From: Patescibacteria group bacterium
GTDB taxonomy: Bacteria; Patescibacteriota; Minisyncoccia; Phycocordibacterales; PALSA-1337
Assembly: GCA_018970245.1 (NCBI GenBank)
Contig: JAGWWT010000004.1
Span: 785-64,784, forward strand
Reading direction: 5' to 3'
Length of the DNA: 64,000 bases
Shown: positions 36,946 to 46,160 of the stretch, piece after piece
How the letters are laid out: each line of letters opens with the position of its first letter
How positions within the stretch are numbered: position 1 is the first letter of the stretch
Notes under the pieces: generated by a model
Seen by the model: only the letters and a program-made list of their open reading frames with translations
What the model was told of the DNA's origin: nothing
Databases searched by the model: none
Translations under genes and position numbers: made by a program

Positions 36946-36988
36946 TTTTCCACAGGTTGTTCACATGTTATCAACAGGATGTGAATAA
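36946..36988. promoter_or_regulatory. Cluster of four DnaA-box-like 9-mers
   Basis: TTTTCCACA, TTGTTCACA, TTATCAACA at 11-bp spacing plus inverted TGTGAATAA. Confidence 0.65.
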
Positions 36989-37028
36989 CTTCTACGGAGA
37001 CTGCCAATTTATCCCACAATAACCCACC

Positions 37029-37274
37029 ATGAACTTACCACATTCTACCACTTTCCCCCAAGACGTTGCACGTTTGATGCGACAATCGAGGATCATGCGT
37101 AACCTTACGGTGGCAAGTTGTGCCCGTTGCGCAGGAGTGCATGAGGCAACTTGGCGAAGGTACGAGGCCGGCAAGGTTGCGTTTAGCGAACGTATGCTGT
37201 CTAATATCGAACGTGGCTTGAACATCCGGATCAAACCCGTGTTCGAATGGGGGGACGATTTTATGTTAATATAG
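37029..37274 (+). CDS. XRE-family HTH regulator
   Basis: RIMRNLTVASCARCAGVHEATWRRYEAG..LSNIERGL. Confidence 0.75.
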   Translation: MNLPHSTTFPQDVARLMRQSRIMRNLTVASCARCAGVHEATWRRYEAGKVAFSERMLSNIERGLNIRIKPVFEWGDDFMLI

Positions 37275-37376
37275 CCCGATCCATTCTTCCGAAAATTTTC
37301 CGAACTTCTTCCGAAGTTTGGCACGCCGTTGGTACTACTCCCCCGCGTAAGTTCACTAAACAATACAGGAGGAATA

Positions 37377-37559
37377 AGGCACCTAACGGGACACGGGTTT
37401 GCACCCCGAAAAGATACGGTTCAGGATTTTGAGCGTTCTGGATTGTATGACAATAGCAAAAATTCCTTTTCTTTGAGGCACGCTTTGGGATATATCGGAA
37501 CACGGGTTCCGGTCACTATGAAAGAGACACCAAAAGGCACCTGGATAAGATTAAGCTAA
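37377..37559 (+). pseudogene. Small ORF with strong SD but no canonical start
   Basis: AGGAGG-AATA-AGG CAC CTA; open to TAA 37559. Confidence 0.35.
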
Positions 37560-37848
37560 GGCAATTAGCGGGAAGCTTAGGGAATCGCAAGCGACAAAGC
37601 TTTGATCCGGGTCTGTGTTAATGTCCGCCGGTTAGCTTTGGCAAACACGTAAAACCCTAAGAAGCTCAGTTTACCGATTTTCGCAATGTATCTACTACAT
37701 TGCTCCTAAGCTGACGGAAGCTGTTAGCAGGTTTACCGATCCTTTAAAATCGCAACTCCGAACCCGTAAGGCAATGAAAATTTGCGCGGCTCGTAACCGC
37801 TTCGGAGTTCTACTTTTCACTAATTATTTTTCGATGGAGAGAACGAAC

Positions 37849-38148
37849 ATGCAAAAATTCAACGCAAAGAAATTCCGTGAAATCGTGGATGAAAAATTTC
37901 CGTACATTCCGGAAGATGCTGAAAAAATGATTATCAACCGTGAAGCAACGCGCCCGAATGCCGCAGCTCTCTCTGTTGAGAGTTACGGAATGTTAGCACT
38001 CGCCGCTGTTGCGGGGTATATTCGGCATAAGAAAACCAATTACGATGCTCTGTTAGGGATGAACCTAACGAGAGATCAAGCGAAAAACAGGGTTCGTGTT
38101 CAGGTCATGGAGATCGAACGCCGTTGGGGTTTGCAGGAGTGCTTTTGA
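37849..38148 (+). CDS. DUF2293-like protein
   Basis: AVAGYIRHKKTNYDALL..RDQAKNRVR..ERRW. Confidence 0.75.
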   Translation: MQKFNAKKFREIVDEKFPYIPEDAEKMIINREATRPNAAALSVESYGMLALAAVAGYIRHKKTNYDALLGMNLTRDQAKNRVRVQVMEIERRWGLQECF

Positions 38149-38198
38149 CATCGGGACGAATTCGAAATCTTACGCAACAATTTTCAGGAGGGACACTA

Positions 38199-38348
38199 AT
38201 GAAACAGGATGAGTATTTCCGCTACGTAGCGGCATGGAATGACCTTTTGAGTGAGTTCGGCATTCGCGCCATGTTTGCCGGACTCCGTGACATTGAGGGA
38301 CCGGAAAGGGATTTTGATGAATTCACTTTATCCAAACAGGAGAACTGA
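38199..38348 (+). CDS. Small early protein
   Basis: AGGAGG SD; MKQDEYFRY. Confidence 0.55.
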   Translation: MKQDEYFRYVAAWNDLLSEFGIRAMFAGLRDIEGPERDFDEFTLSKQEN

Positions 38349-38351
38349 ACT

Positions 38352-38609
38352 ATGCAATATGCAGGAAAAGAAGTTTCGGCGCTCGCCGTTTCGGAAACAG
38401 CCCGAATGCTACGGTATTACCGGCGGTTCATTCGTGAAGGATTGCCAGGCCAACAGTGCAGAGATTTAGAGGATGAATGGCGATCCAACACCTTCACCAA
38501 AGAACAGGCACAACAGCGTTTGAGCTTTTTGGTGAATGTGGCGATCAATAGGAAAGCCGGTTTGCCAGACATTACGCCCGAAGAAGAAGAATTTCGGAAC
38601 CCGTATTGA
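38352..38609 (+). CDS. Early hypothetical protein (possibly truncated)
   Basis: AGGAG SD; LVNVAINRKAG. Confidence 0.6.
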   Translation: MQYAGKEVSALAVSETARMLRYYRRFIREGLPGQQCRDLEDEWRSNTFTKEQAQQRLSFLVNVAINRKAGLPDITPEEEEFRNPY

Positions 38610-38765
38610 TTGAAACGATCCGGGCGAATGAGTATCTATTCCAGGCTAACGGCGAGTTCGCGCCGGAAGGTGAACCCGTGGCTGCCTAAGTTGTCAAAGA
38701 ACATTCACCACATACCAACAGCAAAAGCGAGTCACTAATTCACTGAATAACAGGAGAGAAACAAC

Positions 38766-39485
38766 ATGCAAAAAATCACCAAAGAAGAGCGTCTAATCGC
38801 TCAAATGTTAACCGAAAACACGGGAGTTGCACTTCTGGATTCCGGCGGCGCGTATGGCAGGAATTGGGAACGCAATCAGGGCAAAACCGTTGAGCAATTC
38901 AGGAAGCAGCACACAACCGCAACGGCGGAAGAGAACTGGGGTTATGATGTTAACGTTCCCGTTTTCCAGTATCTCCGCGAAACGATCCGGCTGAATGAAA
39001 CGTGCGATAAATTCAACCGGCTAAAGTGTCCGAACTGGGACGGGTTCACGTATGGAATCAGTGACACTCAAACCGAGTGGCTGAAAAAACACGGCTTCGA
39101 AACGGACGAAGAGGCCAAAGAGCACGCACCAAAAGCGTATAACACCTATAACGATCCGGATTATTTCGGGCATTTGTCTCAGGTATTGCAGGGCACGTTC
39201 ATTTACAATACCGAGGAAGGCGAATGGTATTGCCTCTTACAAATTCACGGCGGTTGTGACGTGCGCGGCGGTTATACAGATGCGAAGCTCGTGCAATTCG
39301 ATTACCCGGGCGGTATGCCGGAAGGTTTGGAATTCTTTCCAACGCCGGATTATTCGCTCGTTATCAACGGCAAAACGTATGACGTGCGCGGGCCGGATGT
39401 TTGCGAAGCAGTAAGCGGCGAATCCGTAGAACTGCCTCCCGCAACCGAGGGGATGAAGGTTGAGGCATATTTGAGCACGGAATAA
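38766..39485 (+). CDS. Conserved early phage protein
   Basis: MLTENTG..LDSGGAYGRNWERNQ, NTYN, LSQVLQG, QIHGGCDVRGGYTDA. Confidence 0.8.
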   Translation: MQKITKEERLIAQMLTENTGVALLDSGGAYGRNWERNQGKTVEQFRKQHTTATAEENWGYDVNVPVFQYLRETIRLNETCDKFNRLKCPNWDGFTYGISDTQTEWLKKHGFETDEEAKEHAPKAYNTYNDPDYFGHLSQVLQGTFIYNTEEGEWYCLLQIHGGCDVRGGYTDAKLVQFDYPGGMPEGLEFFPTPDYSLVINGKTYDVRGPDVCEAVSGESVELPPATEGMKVEAYLSTE

Positions 39486-39618
39486 AGTGCTTCCCTCCTG
39501 AAACAACAGGGCCGGACGGCAACGCGAATTAGTGAACCGCGAACCGTTTTGGATTATGCGAATCCGCGGCCCTGCTAATTTTTCACGCCGGATCATCCGG
39601 CACTCAGAATATACAACT

Positions 39619-39879
39619 ATGGAACTCAACGACAAAGAAATAAGAGACGCGCTTTATAACTTCGTAATGACTACAAGCAACAATCCCGAAGATTATCCAG
39701 ATTTGCAGCTTTTCCGAATAATGCAGGACCTTGTAGAGCGCGGCGCGAAAGCCTTGCAGATTCCGGTTCCTCCTCCTTACGAGGAAGATACCGACGAGGA
39801 AGATGAAACGATGGAGCGGGAAGACTACGAACGCGCCTACGGTCCGCACGCGGCAACAGCGAAGTTCGGAACGGCTTAA
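39619..39879 (+). CDS. Small acidic early protein
   Basis: YEEDTDEEDETMEREDYE; flanked by direct repeats. Confidence 0.65.
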   Translation: MELNDKEIRDALYNFVMTTSNNPEDYPDLQLFRIMQDLVERGAKALQIPVPPPYEEDTDEEDETMEREDYERAYGPHAATAKFGTA

Positions 39880-39921
39880 TTTTCAACAGCCGGGGATCAT
39901 CCGGCACAACCCAAAACCGCT

Positions 39922-40110
39922 ATGCAATACGGAGTTTATGAGAAAAACAATCCTTTAGCTCTGCACTCTATATGTGAGACTAAAGAGAGTGCGGAGAGAT
40001 GGATTCGGGAGACCGCACCCGAATATATCCGCCGCAACTATTTTATGAACAAAGCCTTACGTTCTTCCGCCGATTTCGTAGTGCGGGAGTACAAAAGAGA
40101 AAAGCGGTAA
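39922..40110 (+). CDS. Small early protein
   Basis: 62 aa after repeat hairpin. Confidence 0.6.
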   Translation: MQYGVYEKNNPLALHSICETKESAERWIRETAPEYIRRNYFMNKALRSSADFVVREYKREKR

Positions 40111-40173
40111 TTCACTAAATCAATCACACCAAACCGAGCGGAGCCAGCTCGTTAAAGTTCGGCGCGTAATAGT

Positions 40174-40728
40174 ATGAAAACCATTCAGATCAATTCACTC
40201 CGCGAATTCAATCGCACCTTAAAGACTCTCCGGGAATCCGGTCTCATTGAAGGCGAGGATTTCCAACGCATAGGCAACGCCGGTGCGCTTGAGGTCTCCG
40301 ACAAAGCGGAACAGGTTCTCGCTCAAGCCGAAGCCGCTCCGCCAAAGCGTATCACCGGCGCAAAAACCCGGCTCGAACGGCACGTTCAAAAGTGGCTGAA
40401 CGAACGGGCCAAAGACTACCCGGATGACGGAGTTCAGGGAGTGCTGAAAGACCTGTTCCACGGCGGTTGCGAGTCCGGGATCGTCTCACATTTGATTTAC
40501 TACACCGATACGGTGAAGTTCTTCCAAACTCACCGCCGGGAAATTTCCGAACTCTTAGCCGAGGCTGAAATTTCGGGCGGTTGGTGCAACCCGGCACACA
40601 TGTTTGGCGAGAAGTGGGACAAAGCCGATCCACTCGCCCAGGAAGATCAAAATCGCAACCTTCTGGCATGGTTCGGATTCGAAGAGACGGCACGCCGTCT
40701 GGCTGAACGGAACAACATCGAAATCTAA
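40174..40728 (+). CDS. DUF7222-like early protein (candidate anti-defence)
   Basis: HGGCESGIVSHLIYYTDTVKFF...NLLAWFGFEETAR. Confidence 0.7.
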   Translation: MKTIQINSLREFNRTLKTLRESGLIEGEDFQRIGNAGALEVSDKAEQVLAQAEAAPPKRITGAKTRLERHVQKWLNERAKDYPDDGVQGVLKDLFHGGCESGIVSHLIYYTDTVKFFQTHRREISELLAEAEISGGWCNPAHMFGEKWDKADPLAQEDQNRNLLAWFGFEETARRLAERNNIEI

Positions 40729-40732
40729 AGCC

Positions 40733-40954
40733 ATGCTCAACATCATTTCGGGGTATCACCTAACGGCAACAGACCGGCAGGCCATTAAAGCACTCCGCGC
40801 CGCCGGTCTGAGTGCTGGCAAGATAGGCCGCACAAACTACCGTCTCACCGAATCGGCGGGAGTGTTCAGCCTAACGATCATAAAGAACGAAACCCTCACC
40901 ATCGGGCGAGGAATGGAGAAAAGCGTTCATACCATAACATTCACCGAATCCTAA
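40733..40954 (+). CDS. Small early protein
   Basis: MLNIISGYHLTATDRQAIKAL. Confidence 0.55.
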   Translation: MLNIISGYHLTATDRQAIKALRAAGLSAGKIGRTNYRLTESAGVFSLTIIKNETLTIGRGMEKSVHTITFTES

Positions 40955-40998
40955 CCCCCTCAATCTTTAACAACACTACTGGAAAGGAAAAAACAGCA

Positions 40999-41586
40999 AT
41001 GAGTCATTTTTTCACGGCGGTTATTATTCCGCCAACCGGCGACCCTGAAAAACACGTTAATAAACTTCTCGCCGCGCATGAGGAAGATGAAAACGGCGGT
41101 CATTGGGACTGGTTTCAGATAGGCGGACGCTGGACAGGGGTGCTGGCTGACTACGACCCGGCGACCGACCCACGCAATACCGAAATTTGCTCTCAATGCG
41201 GCGGCACTGGCATTCGAACCGATAGGCCAGAAATGGTTTCTAAAGTTATCGAGGGAGTAGATTCGTTCGGAGAAGAGCGGGTAAATCACCCGCGATTAGG
41301 CCAAACCGGATGGTGCAACGGTTGCGACGGGCGCGGAACTCGCTCCGTTTGGCCTACCAATTTCCAACGATACCCCGGCGACGTTATGCAAATTTCAAAG
41401 CTTCCCAAACAGCCAACTCCACACGCTCTCGTAACTCCTGATGGAAGGTGGCAAGAAATCGGGGAAATGGGATGGTTTGGCGCGATGAACCAAACTGAAA
41501 GTGAAGGAGACTGGGCGGAGGTAATTCGCGCCACGCTCGAAAAATATCAAGATCATCGAATCGTAGTGGTTGATTGCCATATTTAG
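40999..41586 (+). CDS. Conserved phage protein with inserted DnaJ-type zinc finger
   Basis: MSHF, WDWFQIGGRW, CSQCGGTG, CNGCDGRG, VTPDGRW, GEMGWFG, VVDCHI. Confidence 0.8.
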   Translation: MSHFFTAVIIPPTGDPEKHVNKLLAAHEEDENGGHWDWFQIGGRWTGVLADYDPATDPRNTEICSQCGGTGIRTDRPEMVSKVIEGVDSFGEERVNHPRLGQTGWCNGCDGRGTRSVWPTNFQRYPGDVMQISKLPKQPTPHALVTPDGRWQEIGEMGWFGAMNQTESEGDWAEVIRATLEKYQDHRIVVVDCHI

Positions 41587-41737
41587 ACCGGAGGGGTAGC
41601 CAACCCCTCCCTCCCCGGCGAAAGCCCAACAGAGGGCAAGGAATGAAGCGTAGGAAGAAGAATTAACCAATAGGAGAACCGATCATGCTACCCTTAACAG
41701 CTAAAACGCTTGGCTTTCACTTCCCCGGCGAGGACTA

Positions 41738-41941
41738 ATGACACGCATAACCTACAACGGGCCGAAAGGCAAAAACGCCGTGTATGACCTTCACATCGAG
41801 GGACACACGAACCACGAAGCGTGTGCCGCACTTACCGCTTTGTGGCACTCCTTCACCGTTGGGATCGAGCGGCTGCACAAGCTCCATCCGAACGACGTGA
41901 AAATTTACCGAACTATCGACACTAAAACCAAACGATCCTGA
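41738..41941 (+). CDS. Prp (ribosomal processing cysteine protease)-like small protein, tentative
   Basis: LHIEGH...ACAALTAL..GIERLHKLHPNDVKI. Confidence 0.45.
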   Translation: MTRITYNGPKGKNAVYDLHIEGHTNHEACAALTALWHSFTVGIERLHKLHPNDVKIYRTIDTKTKRS

Positions 41942-42420
41942 CACTAACCAAACAAGAAACCGCTACCGTACTGGCAGCACTCAGGCACTGGCAGAAAAAC
42001 GTTATCGAAGAACGCGAGGTTGATCCGGACTTCGGCAACGAAGAACTCTCCATCGACGACGTTCCTGAATCGCTCCGGGGGCATTTTCTCGACGGCGGGG
42101 AAGATCGAATGCCGTTGGATGGGCCGCTCGAAAATGCAATCATTCCGCTCGGCGCGGACGAGATCGACGCGCTCTGTGAGCGGATCAACTCCGAGGAAGA
42201 GCCGGACGCGGTAGTGATTACCGTTTCAGGCGGAGTCACCGAAATCGCACAAAAACCAAAGGGCACTAAGGTAGTGATTTGGGACTACGACGTGCAAAAG
42301 GAAATGCGCGAACTTGGGCGACCCAACGATTTCACGCCGCACGTCAGCGACGCCGCGTGCGAGTATTCGAGCATTTCCCCCGAAGTGGCGCAATTCTTAG
42401 GTCAGGAACTTGTATTTTGA
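41938..42420 (+). CDS. Hypothetical protein with probable non-AUG start
   Basis: Frame open from 41926; LTKQETATVLAALRHWQ lies upstream of first ATG (42109); ADEIDALCERIN. Confidence 0.55.
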   Translation: MTLTKQETATVLAALRHWQKNVIEEREVDPDFGNEELSIDDVPESLRGHFLDGGEDRMPLDGPLENAIIPLGADEIDALCERINSEEEPDAVVITVSGGVTEIAQKPKGTKVVIWDYDVQKEMRELGRPNDFTPHVSDAACEYSSISPEVAQFLGQELVF

Positions 42421-42618
42421 GGAAGGAGACTGAACCCATGCTCACAGTTGTCGAGCGCGAATTCAACGGCAAAAAGTTTTACTTTTACGAGCCGCGCCAC
42501 ATGGGATGGATAAACAATCCCGCGAAAGCGATTCAGCTAAACGAAAGCGATGGCGCAACCCTTGTTCTTGCGCTTCGCCGTCGAGGTTATCACTGCAAAC
42601 TTAAAGATATTTGAACCC

Positions 42619-42954
42619 ATGCAAAACACAAGGCACGCCGAAGCAATCAAGGTTCTACAGAACGAGATTGGCGTTATCGAGATCGGAGAAAACGCGCTCG
42701 CTGAAGGAATCTACCGAGAATCCGACAACCCTTTCAAAATCAAAGGCGAGTTGGTACGGCGAAAAAATGCGCTCCGAATGTCAATTGTCGCACTCAATCT
42801 CGATGACTCCGACCAGGCGACCATCCAGGAGCTTACGCGGGTTTTAGAAAGCGTTCTCGGTCACGGAACGAGCAATTCTCAAGCAGCGCGAATGAGCCGA
42901 AAATATGCGCAGGACGTTTTGGCCAACGCTAAGAAGAAAGGAGCAGCATTGTGA
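42619..42954 (+). CDS. Hypothetical protein
   Basis: MQNTRHAEAIKVL... Confidence 0.55.
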   Translation: MQNTRHAEAIKVLQNEIGVIEIGENALAEGIYRESDNPFKIKGELVRRKNALRMSIVALNLDDSDQATIQELTRVLESVLGHGTSNSQAARMSRKYAQDVLANAKKKGAAL

Positions 42955-43470
42955 GAGCATTTCGGGTTGACTATGATGCTTATGTAATTCACTTGGACAC
43001 CGGGGTAAGTGGATATGAGCCACAAACAGTTTACCTTCACCCAAACGAATTAACGCCATCACTCGAAAAATGGATACAGACGGGCGGAAAAGACTTTCGC
43101 ATCCGCTATGTTGAAATGGAAGAGCACACTGAGAAAGGAGCATAAACCACCATGAGGTTAACCGTCGATCTCACTCCGCTCGAATTCACCATTTTGATGT
43201 TTGGAATTAGCGCACTTGCCGAGCAACGTGAAGCGAAACCCTCCCGCGCAATTCGCTACAGAGTGCCGCCGTCTCCCATTTGGAATTATGCCGAGCTTCC
43301 ATCGAAAGCAGATGCAAAGGCGTTACAACAAAAGCTTCTGAATGCAACGGGCGGAGGGCACGTAGCATGACCACCATGCCGTACATTTTTGCACTTCTTT
43401 ACATCGGTCTTGCCGTTGCCTCCGTTGGCTTCGCAATCGCGATACATAGAACGTGGAGGAAGCGCAATCC

Positions 43471-43725
43471 ATGACCACCCGCACCCTCAAACGCGCCGCA
43501 CTTATCGCACTACTGGCTGCGGCTTCCTGCGCTCCCCTCCGCACCTACACCGACGTAGTGCGCATGTACGGCAACCCAGAATCCATCGACACACTCCCGC
43601 ACGGCTACACGCTTGACCATTTCAAAAATGAATCCGGCAGAGAAGCGTTTGGTTTCTCTGCGGATGGAGTCATTAAGTGGCACTATACCGACTCGACAAG
43701 AATTGACCCGTTACCACATTTCTGA
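43471..43725 (+). CDS. Small lipoprotein
   Basis: MTTRTLKRAALIALLAAAS-C lipobox. Confidence 0.65.
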   Translation: MTTRTLKRAALIALLAAASCAPLRTYTDVVRMYGNPESIDTLPHGYTLDHFKNESGREAFGFSADGVIKWHYTDSTRIDPLPHF

Positions 43726-44521
43726 ACCATGACAAGCCAAGAAGCAAGAGAGAAAGTGCGCAAAATGCACGAAGCCGCAATGAAGGAGCTTCAAGACTTC
43801 GAGTTCACGTGGAAACCCTTCTTCGAGCCAAAAGACGACCATCGGTTCCGCAATCGAGCGCGAGTGCAAGACCCGAATTACGTGGGCGAAGCGGAGTTTA
43901 CTATCGTAGAGGAACGAGAGGAACGATTATTAAATCCATGAAGCGAATCAATCATCACATCATACCCGACACGCATAAATACTCCCGGCTCGAAATGCGT
44001 TTTATGCGATTCACTCAGCGCGATTGGGACAATCACTGCGAGTATTTGATCGCCATTCTTTTCGATCGAGCGCGAATCATTTTTAGCGAAAAGGAAGAGC
44101 ATGACGCCTGAACAATTCGAGCAGCAGTTGATATGCGATTCTATCGAGGGAAGGGGACCGCTCGCCGAAGTGTATCACGCCGGCGTGAATGCAATGGACC
44201 TATCCGAATTTTACAAAGCTGTTCGCCAGCGGAAAGAAGCATTTCGCATCAGTCAAATTCCATACAGCGACTTGGAAGGATACGACAAAGACCGGGACGA
44301 TGCTTACGGTGAATATTTAGACAGGAGATATGACGAATGAAAACCCTACGTCTTACGCGGCGCGAACTGATAACAGTTAACCGCGCCATTTACGATTGGA
44401 TGCAACTCATGGAACATCAGAACGCTGTGATGGGAGAACCAGACCCAGACGAGAATTTCCCCCTCACTGATCGCAAATCTCTGATGGCTCTTCTTGAAAA
44501 AACATATCAACCGGAGGCAGA

Positions 44522-44956
44522 ATGAAACGCATAGGAACCATTGAAGAAGAAACCACACTGCTGCCGCATGTTATTGCAGAGAGCGTTGTGCGAGATTTAG
44601 AATGCTCGTTCGATTCAGCTATTCCGGATCGAATGCTGCCTGCCGAACCGCGATACGGATTCCCCGAAATAAAAACAAGGGAGGATTTGATTAACGCGCT
44701 GGCCGATCGAGCTAATTTCTTCTATCAAAAACCGGACAATCAAGGCGTAGGATTCCGCGTCAAAATGAAGCGGCATAGCGGCCGCAGTACACTTACCAGC
44801 TTTATGCGCCATTGGGTAACCGCTATGCTCAAATGCACCGTCAACGGCGAGCGCATTCCGGACCTGTGGAGTTGGTACGGCCAGGGAATGCCGAACCGCC
44901 AGAAAGAACGACTCATTCGTGAAATGGGACAAAAGGCGAAATATATCGAAGCATAA
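44522..44956 (+). CDS. Hypothetical protein
   Basis: 144 aa, GGAGG SD, ATGA coupling. Confidence 0.65.
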   Translation: MKRIGTIEEETTLLPHVIAESVVRDLECSFDSAIPDRMLPAEPRYGFPEIKTREDLINALADRANFFYQKPDNQGVGFRVKMKRHSGRSTLTSFMRHWVTAMLKCTVNGERIPDLWSWYGQGMPNRQKERLIREMGQKAKYIEA

Positions 44957-45002
44957 GAAACATTTCCGAAACCCTTCTGAATTACGACACGTTAATATTA
45001 TT

Positions 45003-45200
45003 ATGACTATCGCCGATCCACGTATTACATTTCAGGTATCCGACCAAGAGCTTGCGCTGCTGCATTGGGAGTTACAGCAAAAGCGCATTGAAGATCGGAA
45101 ATACACCATGTCCCGGCTTATTCGCGACCGTCTGCGAATACCGGAGATCAAAAAACGCTTTGTGAAAAATGAGCTTGACTATCCCCAAGAAGATCGATAA
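45003..45200 (+). CDS. Ribbon-helix-helix-like regulator
   Basis: RITFQVSDQELALL...MSRLIRDRL. Confidence 0.55.
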   Translation: MTIADPRITFQVSDQELALLHWELQQKRIEDRKYTMSRLIRDRLRIPEIKKRFVKNELDYPQEDR

Positions 45201-45666
45201 CCTGCGCTCGCAATACTACAAAGAGTGCGTGGTTCGATATGGCTGCGTAATCTGCAACGCATTGGGACTAAAAGCTCGCGGCATAATCGATCCGCACCAT
45301 GTAGATGGCGTAGGAAAGGCCGGCGTGGGCGGTGACGATCGCACGGTGGGCGCGTGCAGGTTGCTTCATCATCCACAGTCACCCCTGGCATTCAAAGAAC
45401 TGTGCCGAGAGAAGGGCTTGGACGCCGAGCAATTAGTAATCGACACCCAGCGGCACTTCATGCTCGATCACGGCTATGAGATCCCGCGCGACGGAGAAAC
45501 CTTAGCTGATATTTTGGTCAAAGCCGAACTGGGTGAGCGATGGAATCCAGGCAAACGGGTATCGAATGGGACCGCAGGGAGCAAGGGCAAAAAGCTTCCG
45601 GGTACGCGACGATCCACGAAACCGTGCAATTCGTTCGCGAATGGAGTTTTTACAGTAGATCAGTAG
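45169..45666 (+). CDS. HNH-like (Ref/DUF968-type) nuclease
   Basis: GCVIC..DPHHV..VGACRLLHH. Confidence 0.65.
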   Translation: MSLTIPKKIDNLRSQYYKECVVRYGCVICNALGLKARGIIDPHHVDGVGKAGVGGDDRTVGACRLLHHPQSPLAFKELCREKGLDAEQLVIDTQRHFMLDHGYEIPRDGETLADILVKAELGERWNPGKRVSNGTAGSKGKKLPGTRRSTKPCNSFANGVFTVDQ

Positions 45667-45699
45667 TGGGAGCGAATTCAACAGGAGTATAATCAGTAG

Positions 45700-46145
45700 G
45701 CCCGGTTCTCCGGGAGCGGAAAAAGATTTCACTTAAAAAGAAGAACGCCGGTTCCGGCTATCGCAAATGAAAGCGATAATCCGGCGTAGTGCGGAAAGTT
45801 GGAATATGACGCACACAACGGTGAAATTTTAGCAGGTTCCCGAACCTCAAAATCGGAAGGCCGGGTGCGCTTGAATGTGTGCCCGGATGCAATGAGCCTC
45901 GTTGCTCAGGACTTCGAATGGTGACATTCGGAGCGCGTTCTGCAAGTGGTTAACAATACGCAGGGCGTGTTAATGGCAAATGCGACCACATCATTTGCTT
46001 TTGTAGGTATGCCTCGTGGAACCGAGGGGCTTGGTTCGGTTTCGCCGCTCCCCGTCGCGGCGTCCCTGTAAATGGGTAAGCGGCACACGTTGCAAAGTGT
46101 GATTCGCAGACGGGGAGATTTTCACATTCCCCCCACGGGGGCTTA
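45700..46145 (+). ncRNA. Candidate ~450-nt multi-hairpin structured RNA
   Basis: No plus-strand ORF of 60 aa or more; about ten consecutive stems, several with GU pairs on the + strand. Confidence 0.5.
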
Positions 46146-46160
46146 ACAGCAGAAGAACAC

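Noticed and set aside
37575-37680. c-di-GMP-I riboswitch (GACAAAGC..GGGTCT..TTACCGA resemblance)
   Set aside because: Lacks the GGCAAAC/GAAA P2 arrangement and correct spacing
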